Of a stretch of 64,000 nt of DNA, positions 60,901 to 64,000 are shown in pieces. The notes below the pieces were generated by a model, which did no database searches, was not told the DNA's origin, and saw nothing but the letters and a program-made list of their open reading frames with translations. Both the position numbers and the translations under genes were made by a program. Origin of the DNA: Candidatus Omnitrophota bacterium (GTDB lineage: Bacteria; Omnitrophota; Gorgyraeia; Zapsychrales; Fredricksoniimonadaceae); assembly GCA_903901225.1 (NCBI GenBank), contig CAIUQE010000011.1, forward strand, positions 1,453 to 65,452, given 5' to 3'. The stretch's first letter is position 1, and each line of letters opens with the position of its first letter.

Positions 60901-63900
60901 GCCGCGTACACCTTCTGAATATCAAGGCCGTCCTGGCCGCGCCGGATCTCGGCGAAAGTTTGCCATACCACGCCCTTATTGATATTGTTCCAGTCCAGAC
61001 GGAACGCCTGCAGGGCCGCGCGATCCCTGTGCGTGATATACCCCGTCTTGACCGAGCGAGACGCCGTCGTGTTATCCGTGACAACAACGCGGATCTGGCT
61101 GTCTTCCATCGGCGTGTATTCAATACGGCTTTTCTGATCTTCCGAGAGCATCCATATCCCCGCGAATTCCCTGGTGTTGGGATAGTTGTACCCTTCCGCC
61201 GCCTCATAAACACGTCCGTTGATCAGGCCCCTGCCCCTGCCATAAACAACACCGACCTGCTTGATCAGCTTATAATCCCTGCCGAAAGAATATACAGGCC
61301 GGGCCTCATCTTTTTTCCCAAAGACAACTGTGGCCACGCCGTCCCTGGGCTGGCCCTTGTCAAAATGGAACGGCGTGAAATTGATATATTCATGTCCAAC
61401 ATCCAATGCCGCTACACCGCCTGTCGTGTCCGCGATGATCCCGAAAGCCCTCTTGAAAGATCCACCCACCGAACGCTCAAGGATGTTGATCTTTTTTCCA
61501 TTGATAATTACCGTGCCGCGATCAACAACAGCCCCAACCGGCGTACGGTCCCCGGCCGCATACTTTTCAAACGCGTAAATTTTATGATCCTCCACGACCT
61601 CGGCCTCCCGCGGGTCCGCGGATAAATACAGGCGCTTTGTGATCGTCTTAATGACTTCCCCTGCGGGAGTGATCTTGACAGCCGTCACTTCACCCGTCCG
61701 GCCGCCGGCATTATAGATATTGAAATAATTCTTCCGGATATCCTCAAGCCCCATCAGGCCAAACTTCTTATCATTGAAATTGATCAGGATCCGGTCTTCC
61801 GCGCCTCTCGCTCCACCATGAAATTCCCACCGGATCACCGCCTGCCCCTTCGCGTCAAACCCGCTCACGACCGGCGCCAGGCTCATGTGCTCGATGGCAT
61901 TGCCACCGAGCGGGTCAATATGGTCGATCGACAGGACTTCATTGTTATACGCCGGTACCTGGGCGAGGATCTGCTCACGGGTCATGACTTTGGTATTCTT
62001 ATTCTTCAACACAACGACAAAGCTGTTGGCATCGTACGGACGGTTCTTCGCTTTTGCGAGCGCCGCTTCGAGGGCCTTTTTCATGGGCTCCAGGATCATC
62101 GGATGGACGCTGGTCAGCGTCTGCCCGCCAACCTCATAGGTTCCCGCCGGAAGGACCATGGCCTTGCCTGTCCCGAGATCAACAGCCTGGCCGTCCAGCG
62201 CCCCTTCATAACGGCGCGTATCCTTGTTATACCGCAGGCCCATCGCGGCCAGCGCCTTGTCGCCGGTGTATTCAAGGACTTTCACATTCTGGACGATCCG
62301 CTCATAGTCCGCCATGGTCGTGATCGGCACCGGCATCAACTTGCCCTGAAGGATGAGGCGGCCGGCATCGTCGTGCATGGTCGCGATCTTGCGCAGCATT
62401 TCCGGCGCCAGGAATACCCTGGCACCGTCCGACGCTGTCAGCACGTCGGAAGCAACCGCCTCGCCTTCCAGGATGAATTTCCGCCCGGTCGGCGTGAACT
62501 CCGCGGTATTGAACTGGAAGAATTTGCCCAGGTTCTGCACGGCATTACCGTCGATCCGCGCCTCTTTGACCTGCGGCTTTTGCTTCTTTTCCGAGAATGA
62601 AATGTTCGACAACGGGTTGTACCAGCGGTTGGCTGTCAGGGACGGTGCCCAGGTCATATCCCCCACCGAAGTATTAATGGTCGTGTTAAGGCCCCAGGTC
62701 GGACGGTCACCTTTCAACCCAAACTGCAGTGATGCCTGAACGCCGGACTCCTTATCGCCGATAGCCGGGAGCGGCACACCCGTCACAAAATTCCTGGAAT
62801 CCTGAACGGTAAAGGCAACGCCGCCCACTTTACCGCCAACCTGTGTTGTCTGCTGGCTGAGATTGTATTCAGGGCTGACCTTAACAGGCACACCCAGCAC
62901 CTTGCTTTCCACGCGCGCGCCCACAACAGGACTGGTGCCGGACATCGTGTCATGCCCGACACCGCCATAGAGTTTTACGTTCTTGCTGAGATCAAATTCA
63001 TAGATCGCCCGCGCGAACTTCGCGGCCTCGGCCTCCGTCAAATGAACCTTGAGATCCGGGACATCGTTGCCGTTGGCATCACGCAGGCGCATGCCGGTGA
63101 ACGTGTCCCACCACGACAATGTCAGATCCCTGCCGGCCTGGCCATTAACAACTCCCGCCTCCAGAACAAGCTTGTCCTTGAACCCGATGATACCGTTCAC
63201 CTTCGCCTGGACGCTGGCGCCGGAAATATTTGAATCTTCAGAACCCTGCCCTTTGACCATGAACCCGCTGATCCCCAGGAATATTGATTTTTCTTCCTTA
63301 CCATTGCTCGCCGTGCGGATCTGCGTGCCGATCTGGTCAGCCACAAGATAATAATCCGACGTCACACCCTTGCCCGTAAGATCATCGGGATTTACCTGCC
63401 ACTGATAATTACCGAGATGCCCGGCCGTCAAACGGTTCATCAAAGCCACATTGCCCTTGCCGCCGGTCATCGCATCAAGATGGATCAGCCGCACCGTATT
63501 TTCCGGCGCCGCGCTGTAACCGGCATTCACAACACCCTGGGAAGCGCTGACAAGAACATTTTTAGTATCCACCCAATTCCCATGCGTGCCCATCTGGAAA
63601 GACGTCGCTCCGACCTGGCTGCTCCCGACGAGCTCATTGACCGGCGCCATCCGGATGACCTGGCCTTCTTTCAGGATGAACGGCAGGCGGACCGATCTCG
63701 CGTTGAATTGATCGGCAAGCTGCGCCGCCATGATCTCACGGCCATCAGGCGTAAGGCTCACGTTATCCAGGATCTCCTGGCGCGCCTTGCGGTAGGCAGC
63801 GCCCAGCTCCTGGTTATGCGCGTTCACCGCTTTCGTATACTGTTCAAAGAACGCCGCGATCTCTTTACTCTTGCCCGCGGCCTGGTCCTTGCTGGAAAGC

Positions 63901-64000
63901 ATCTGCCGCTGGGCGGTCAGGACGGCATCCACCGCGTCAAGATTGGCATTCTGGTTCTTGCTCAGATCGCGCGCCGCGTAGCGGCCTTCGTTGATCGCGT
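42942..64000 (-). CDS. Giant multi-domain membrane protein, 5'-partial, with at least 7,018 codons in the window
   Basis: A single uninterrupted minus-strand frame runs from the stop at 42942 to the window end, and the in-frame sequence beyond the ORF track's GTG at 63932 is still open. The domain order from N to C as read from the translation is as follows. (1) A soluble or extracytoplasmic region of about 1,680 aa that includes an (alpha/alpha)-barrel-like stretch. (2) The first transmembrane helix (KKFWWGFAYVLAGLIGLNLISW) near 58.9 kb, then about 1,400 aa of multi-pass membrane region, with a soluble insert at about 55.7-56.9 kb carrying DD/DxD, SED and FPRW motifs reminiscent of processive GT2/GT84 glycosyltransferases. 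(3) A P-loop, guanylate-kinase-like module (VYSGPPGVGKG ... YHTRHPRAGEVDGEQYHF) at about 52.0-52.5 kb. (4) A possible HD-like segment (AAAHDAG ... VRHHG). (5) Duplicated transmembrane modules. (6) Pentapeptide repeats. (7) Duplicated roughly 90-aa modules with an IIINAPP ... HEAAAI motif. Confidence 0.85.
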   Translation of the reverse strand, partial: AINEGRYAARDLSKNQNANLDAVDAVLTAQRQMLSSKDQAAGKSKEIAAFFEQYTKAVNAHNQELGAAYRKARQEILDNVSLTPDGREIMAAQLADQFNARSVRLPFILKEGQVIRMAPVNELVGSSQVGATSFQMGTHGNWVDTKNVLVSASQGVVNAGYSAAPENTVRLIHLDAMTGGKGNVALMNRLTAGHLGNYQWQVNPDDLTGKGVTSDYYLVADQIGTQIRTASNGKEEKSIFLGISGFMVKGQGSEDSNISGASVQAKVNGIIGFKDKLVLEAGVVNGQAGRDLTLSWWDTFTGMRLRDANGNDVPDLKVHLTEAEAAKFARAIYEFDLSKNVKLYGGVGHDTMSGTSPVVGARVESKVLGVPVKVSPEYNLSQQTTQVGGKVGGVAFTVQDSRNFVTGVPLPAIGDKESGVQASLQFGLKGDRPTWGLNTTINTSVGDMTWAPSLTANRWYNPLSNISFSEKKQKPQVKEARIDGNAVQNLGKFFQFNTAEFTPTGRKFILEGEAVASDVLTASDGARVFLAPEMLRKIATMHDDAGRLILQGKLMPVPITTMADYERIVQNVKVLEYTGDKALAAMGLRYNKDTRRYEGALDGQAVDLGTGKAMVLPAGTYEVGGQTLTSVHPMILEPMKKALEAALAKAKNRPYDANSFVVVLKNKNTKVMTREQILAQVPAYNNEVLSIDHIDPLGGNAIEHMSLAPVVSGFDAKGQAVIRWEFHGGARGAEDRILINFNDKKFGLMGLEDIRKNYFNIYNAGGRTGEVTAVKITPAGEVIKTITKRLYLSADPREAEVVEDHKIYAFEKYAAGDRTPVGAVVDRGTVIINGKKINILERSVGGSFKRAFGIIADTTGGVAALDVGHEYINFTPFHFDKGQPRDGVATVVFGKKDEARPVYSFGRDYKLIKQVGVVYGRGRGLINGRVYEAAEGYNYPNTREFAGIWMLSEDQKSRIEYTPMEDSQIRVVVTDNTTASRSVKTGYITHRDRAALQAFRLDWNNINKGVVWQTFAEIRRGQDGLDIQKVYAADVNGNPDRTRLVGTGRQGYRGDFTYVTGKGDTRVAQVMYDGHLQATSFRKDLGQGRQSLPLIQYYSTDSLTSIPIYKNYGVNGDFAEFNELRRNGHTLVFGVTSGFETATIEVFNSHGGKSEAMIYGHEAATIFPYSDSPTADLDSRVYTNIFNLVNRYAFFQGRDPYFGGSVARSNNDPVLKALYTGEGQRRRSQELPVAAPVMAQREPGLTVGAATLEALPETLLEGIRMNFVPYSGNHGSGLFLTHPRTARHDYASTEDEALIIRALTCQGQYADAARALRYYYILTNGGQDPVYAWYHVDSGMPQELIPGFKSARPSSRTAAAQIALARAAYEYFLATGDRHAHDMTGNLLEPLRNKYLVQGGLIERVAPETEDHNGITFWAEAKKLYTTDNANAYVLCDRIARTARGDDKLRAVSLELRASVGAWLNSNILPRFQREGVVITGTHEIQIVTKDKDDANSLVKKGNVYAENLHTTTSATLAFIRAQAAMGADQGLLFKGMDRATAMFGVRANGVWGMDWTLPRGEVDMASSRMTAEYRDVARSIGYHAGEAAAVNGLNRMQNHGGYIEVATPQDSLFSVKDVDVNGLRTADGSYVLVPHDKSGWAYSPAAAAQVLMDAAPVARAQQVMPINAQVEHDAANDVKKFWWGFAYVLAGLIGLNLISWSLIWPIWKRRLDNARKEGKVVVSLAIMEAAEERWAKNILFTNFMATAQQTCDGVIRSSDGPVDENFSGNLRAIYKLGLAWRAAKAGWSEAELHDKLMSGDAFLNGLDELMLIHAFLARRVVFESKKDSVGSFESKKNSAGSMDSNHGWSRMEQYAEYYRSAITRLMDEKQKIVVAGGNASGVAEKDRIIAQLFGQFGLQPRGSPAITTPDDLVFIQEILQNYVTPGAHLQRLETIVGAVNVQAPLNGGHHEIVGNTTENVIAVLANVMAVNGAADVKKDHIGKIQNGLKDFFKREYFEIIPKWYIFIDIAKVLPQLVGVLIAMVAGYQQFVGGVSIFTFLGALPAVLVAMPVIQLALAFVGVGVVLRVAVSALAKTQYKGYLNVDETAARILKGFHHASHILRGIGFVLIGAGLSMVPVHGLGQWFMTHGLMWLVAGTEAAGVFLPYLFTLYSRVTQTWINYQERTGNNRFSGLAKFLNLLNIPESRPMSIVGDSLIRHLQPSVPTGRAMDLFKAIVNYAVLSGLFMWLGGFVMGQAAMVNWISDVYLTSGVVWQLGAGSFVLALALYMTRYAISNVINSVASAFVTWPMKTLGLAYVVAAAVTGILHMPFVLPVNGMVVAILIAASLLDKKIITLLMARNDARIEKAYIDNVAAHEKAHGVKKLFTLVFAGGDAVGTLGRLGGQIVIDRWNWFKDRSSHGIDVMAEVDDLVGTAGDEKVKEWITELHQVETTFKVTLWHPVQILIDAQKAGTQQADVANDNIWLYARDEAQKDRLIRTWKLRRFLVSMQSSGGHSQDTGITIMDIALALKEKLAGVDIGMILLSNKYEDGNKNPSAENYQWNDDKGQRVKLLRLVKTLTGIEGNVVHDWTAFANKAAAMTGTDMVHEWVSRQDTFLIMDRNATVHNMDDFVLDVKTSLADDSLVIVVPSRGTTNIKSPHGESSQSIEEGHRAYVKGVMAIGGAAGESVGTGWGNILKNTYWRAQTALMNPQYPTMPLSIRSRTLRRGFWDNYFSGLFGLVGFIPSAVGISEDIWAVQQQAHTVIGLGGTPRFAQSKAFWHKIRETYAQHEWMAAFPRWSGGFPQLMMDKMMQKIQDYGPQSIFAKEIRDNGGRFFLTAPHGILFILLIPIAIKFGFLPFIGVNLVFAILGGMFNQVLTFNGLIAYLEAHEFYTKTAVVFALVAAAIVGIFGGDPVSVYLAFLAGGFIIGLSRWLSNRPRDFLLFATQQMIHLLGQAARQSLKFTLSGADAEDSISVEMRKHVTRKYENFINMKVIWGFGLLLFGLNLWALSGLDMLNVILLLPSLLFNLGLVIGMFVMKTPEGHFAGNAKQWGSRLAGWGVAGVLYSGLSSLVLLGGTWGAMAAYTVLVFGVGLTLLTWVLMYYPKAIVEQIHHPKTGAMRRAENNRVQGHSGAEKQIEGLNKKAGKLNNFHAGLIKYFPPAMLANMFDAHMTKLKKDKKMQEARLYSEFLRSFVVALFGMIWFFIVPIPGFLAFDTLAARISIPLGNLLWIVGGTVVTFVLARVAFKVSSAISSRYAKERLVELHKYYELIEKDPGIFAAPEAVGQKMRFVSHVRALLADTFIYVEQGSDGYAHKSMDVIEKALKNIQGRAAAPAPFVPSTATRELYNDQVPPLNYTATAGVDNRVRAIDAQGQTLNKARDEVLRDLYAAVPYLSQAPPCAVVVTSDFARTADSIAAYNPAEKTLYVHLSNLDRLVELTGEDKAAYLLFLQGVVEGHEKFHVEGADEPVAMARQLLYLRAHPAIEEATRKVLARPEVFGVQAVDGFDRMLAGSDPSAVNFGYKQILTDKLLEDGAQVGDQLARNHLNLARPQWSIFHNIPLGGQEAARDVVDRVQQVIADKLADTDRGKAIYQALAKIHTTVANFMIGPRPIMERQEFMSGLEEDARGVTPFAYQVVGPRLMPDLSVVLELKSASDNPTLLRGRMAARFTGDLPEGYRRFVPDINHISVAYLKEGDVEQLRELNAAFAVMRQELAGSPVFVTASRVNVSTTVKKIIPDEALMGVELAQVSAESIAALDPQESNLGSPAWIKVTTAGLRGIVPEQRTDVLTIPKGRVLAERLMRGELQDEEIDTLSVDVLADVLRLIPLDKFFLQEKMLVYSGPPGVGKGAIMASAFKGDKALYRDFVERLALYHTRHPRAGEVDGEQYHFGFHNLGVADKNRLLTLATQGKIDLVRVNKQLQGMAKEDFEETVTLHMKDAPIETVLEGDKDVDLSDENIKVVRPIKGLASAFGSKKLTVLEGGYSWFRTLSDAYGKMYTIFITPFTSHQISLRAVNQRVIAEIFISPFERFLGYSLTNMMRREMHKEEIDLRDLRLRGELQRRVWEWERKYAGARGTKIEKEAVMALGRNSADKIKALAANAALIESDLFIEQVDHLVVDYFKRPSFRVNGDVVDSVRAMAYEMQMRLVRNEDRGDISFELQVASRKKEQTGDFNKPEDMLNRVIEGVVQIMLMNEYVREGRGALVVYPFVWEKNGGFKERVRQQAVEEISQKYFSYLLKALASSEAQRVSGLNVGVNVLPELTGLTDANNLAREIETFLLPDIKERKQTHVMLVNERIKMLASRDWQRLYDGLSSVIKGKVSLEEYGVECEKFFYVYQNLSPRARDILIAGAAAHDAGVRYGIREWDHYGEGANIIAGELRKRGYHESVVTAMTFFVRHHGVVDNFGRDYLYNDMFQFKGEWLDIFFLMAFVDGSDRNGGNFYGLEQMKRAWATRYKYMVDGLTLEQRISVLITKNRLLVREIARKTRQVVKALQKKRYWTEAFEHDYLERIRVYCPGFLANLAEVNVVAFAELLQQLHRTVQMQEVNGQFIKDVVVTTSHDFMAMRDLQERLAYLQPLAEDLANRKELPVTVLYNGSQLEIEIQLSAPFMDFAAPFKDKVPGRAFGDNAARVQRIVADRNLSDMKQSPVTVQPRPDAGTVRSFAWPLLLLMAPATATAGWSALTWAGVFIAVGVVAFTILGAVALTYGIVRSKAPSKWEKIIQTNPFKLLLVSLIVGLSLPLKLTGIVFGAIKKLLGRNRSQENIQCALLPLAALVLTSPAHAAAILAGMGLLLVAGVVVGQIKKNQGDRNEIQAARQNNIELAEQLAQEPVPAVTRRTRSLNDFSTVLEEQGVDPHAYTTLIYPASGNADPLNAVRLARYFPNLKELYFISTSYNDVPDLARLQQQCYDRLDGIDPRRTFKILLIKENYYFWRYQRTQEPGSVVMIDKRPGRDSQMRKEQPFYRRMREDMQDGDLVITEVSPVASAIYQWSASVGERFSFAEIPGWRTTGNWRAGIKTSVDDAKVLAFTEDLPVPQAVQARLDSGKFGINVPQLSILATPGRIVSPVCSDAEDQFLKACYQKDIALVKVPVASIDLYPASGQCHGAGLPVVWDKPEGCVLILVKSVHSFSGSKTALVLDAPCVSVNSGHKNMLEGLIVTYRKLASGRASVYLYRPYLDETAFSFIRNYIFTHFDEAGFLGNGFEKNAWRIVEADRPELNAHMLQWIGNKCPGIFRGRNMSGVDLSGSFLEKITLEEADLSRVKLEDAHFVDVRLVKTNLSYSSLMFIRMKDVKAARASFVRARMNRAYLTGVDLFSADCRYADFRGTTFEDVDFRGACLEGANFSGASFERCQFDDEAEMSFGNIQCSLLPLAALLALTSPAHVAAILAGMGLLLVAGVVAGKLAQEPYPADSRRTTSLRDFNASSADPVRASKLLSSNERDDMQDFLGDREKVMDKFPKFPAKEKGQLRKFLDRRGSKADALALVRADVRWATAAFEEDAQAWVRPEDIIIFSWNHTTRSGKKFIILSPTHNWNREEQFASLAYESRILAAGGVGYEDAVRQATQAANTARSYLSGRARSARRRWSEVMAAWANSVTTEEVDKAVSNLAACVEQFPETFYYFLEAFKERSNLSEVEAARWEDLFFELLRSAVLSGYPLDREFPQYLARMFDAEGPLSRRCFAWALGSVMSRRSLAMATDGNIKALMDVYTKAGTDEEKQVLLCGLKKVVQATGRTFVSEGIRSGLIALRLECDTVNYILRNTKPVTFDRDPARTTGPLSSDEERRLQGEIVAQRQPILKVKEVHAYDVDRDVAMRLWPERRNCEQKNILRHVIIINAPPELQSVLREFERILRIKIFAVNATFNGRHYIIFNPDHALTRRQRLITLIHEAAAISGMTHEQSEVFAVETANAMEADYVRDMGLIRYSGFTPVAMDSLPAWVKVVVLYYHGNDKARFWKLMDLIRAGHLRVTQDPKKVFDGANDGKMFLINTWQNPDPAATLIEAMDRRPDAVTNFLEKMPQHVAVMSPKTGRVDISAMDLFGLNPKQRQWVHKLESVQKEEAIVAGLRNDIRVLLSIASDKKPVLSLASVMEILDHMIAYLKNGTEKTESTKGASRETLKAARESFSQGDLETARCSLMEADNDLYRRYGQLVVQKDRVFKLVERNILSDDKARRYIPGEEMVTPLKMYWRANVPYETREYIRQLVRYRAFPFAGEAGKVEVRYAGRTLAPDETNISWYQRRIFEDALLRASVDSKTAQGAVGRLMQMYMERLDVRAYRGNELKRVSKMFGVNVGKRKPEAFRPKVMAITWGQARREFIHRIIRDHRADGDQVYRVTFRGDDGKTRETLLTLVPRHSYRAGAYKALGSANGYYVGYHVSANTQRSLVTARDPAHAFPPLSRRGEAELRAGIVAHEQEIAAAKAVFEYDEDRDASARTLRERRSHEKANILEHAIIINAPPGLKKIFRVIERAFQTKIFAVNATFNGLHYIIINPEHERTSFELRYTLIHEAAAIFGMTHEESEAFAGDVMKEPLEHAPGPRTSQPGPVVTISRFVPFGPDDPEVQQIVDLEVFAWKAMCGIDVLPESVRARIFGDPVRGSVPNHVFVARVDGVIKAGVFVSFVEEIPDHYDDVPLRHDPASRKFLLDYSIIAVRNDDCVRTLELTKRLIVASHELAMDSGRRPPVAYSRAEFFMEHILNNPGFRVEPYLKPDGKVDVRKVIDTFGIWASREHEGLPTFGDYKKFFALSLSDKDNEFCEKFARDRLKLVREFGLRLNEGEVLATEQVKRYFALSEFDSLEDYAWFHFNVVGDRFQMNIHQNFGASFHYVIPGSRPGDLASCGSNVMMVYPRELPDPGRDRFFPAKIWNAPAKSTNGGRNSSLNRVKAALSKAKELLGEAAKDLPDFVVQVGPGEELAEAGSLADSIRQVAEINVAGRSIRVDDWFVLNAPPEELAIVMVHLFQYFIYPRKDGASISAGAFGLISQQEQMYRRHFEYVRRSTDKKPGQSCVVFDRAWRDLLWNDLHARHGRGEQ
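44463..44725. repeat. Intragenic direct repeat B1, paired with 46323-46585; about 260 bp at roughly 80% identity; encodes a duplicated protein module
   Basis: Shared strings include catgcgtcatgccg(a/g)aaatggccgcggcttc(a/g)tggatcagcgt and cggcggcgcgttgatgatga. The encoded peptides are ANILEHAIIINAPPGLKKIFRVIERAFQTKIFAVNATFNGLHYIIINPEHERT ... LIHEAAAIFGMTHEESEAFA versus KNILRHVIIINAPPELQSVLREFERILRIKIFAVNATFNGRHYIIFNPDHALT ... LIHEAAAISGMTHEQSEVFA. Confidence 0.8.
46323..46585. repeat. Intragenic direct repeat B2, paired with 44463-44725
   Basis: See B1. The offset is 1,860 bp. Confidence 0.8.
47780..47952. repeat. Intragenic direct repeat A1, paired with 49515-49756; about 100 bp of core at roughly 90% identity; encodes a transmembrane module
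   Basis: GCCACCAGCAGCAGTCCCATCCCCGCCAGGATGGCCGC ... CACTGGATATTC is present at both loci. The encoded peptides are NIQCSLLPLAALLALTSPAHVAAILAGMGLLLVAGVVAG versus NIQCALLPLAALVLTSPAHAAAILAGMGLLLVAGVVVG. Each is followed by LAQEPxPAxxRRTxSLxDF. Confidence 0.8.
47955..48325 (-). other. Pentapeptide-repeat tract inside the giant ORF
   Basis: About 120 aa of A(D/N)LxG-type pentads (GVDLSGSFLEKITLEEADLSRVKLEDAHFVDVRLVKTNLSYS ... ADFRGTTFEDVDFRGACLEGANFSGASFERCQF). They lie immediately N-terminal to transmembrane repeat A1. Confidence 0.7.
49515..49756. repeat. Intragenic direct repeat A2, paired with 47780-47952; it contains an extra insert of about 85 bp
   Basis: See A1. The offset is about 1.8 kb. 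Confidence 0.8.

Overview
High-GC (~60%), gene-dense bacterial chromosome segment with almost no intergenic space; many genes are translationally coupled through ATGA or TAATG overlaps. No rRNA, tRNA, CRISPR array, transposase or integrase was recognised. The left 31 kb is mostly minus-strand housekeeping genes. These are rdgB and rph; a queD-queC-queE-queF preQ1 cluster; murI; an amidase; a lone secretin; mutS and mutL; pabB, mnmE, folC and purH; rpsU, which is absent from the ORF track; an Nramp transporter with an MgtE-N/CBS partner; nth and mnmG; and a LacI-family regulator. A short low-GC islet at 14.0-15.7 kb carries a vapBC toxin-antitoxin pair, an operator palindrome, a 23-bp perfect inverted repeat and a secreted LamG-domain protein. 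The middle part (31.7-42.4 kb) is a minus-strand carbohydrate-utilisation operon, headed by two small PilZ-domain genes (41.7-42.4 kb). It encodes a GH-A clan glycoside hydrolase, a three-gene sugar ABC importer and a GH94-like glycoside phosphorylase. The right third (42,942 to the window end) is one giant minus-strand ORF. It has at least 7,018 in-window codons, no stop before position 64000, and its 5' end lies outside the window. It encodes a mosaic protein. Its parts are an N-terminal soluble region of about 1,680 aa; a large multi-pass membrane region with an embedded glycosyltransferase-like loop; a guanylate-kinase-like P-loop module inside a low-GC stretch; pentapeptide repeats; and internally duplicated modules visible as roughly 100-260 bp DNA direct repeats. 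I infer, with moderate confidence, that a giant ORF of this kind next to PilZ genes in a high-GC compact genome fits lineages known for giant genes, such as Omnitrophota-like candidate phyla. This multi-domain giant membrane protein is the most notable feature of the window.
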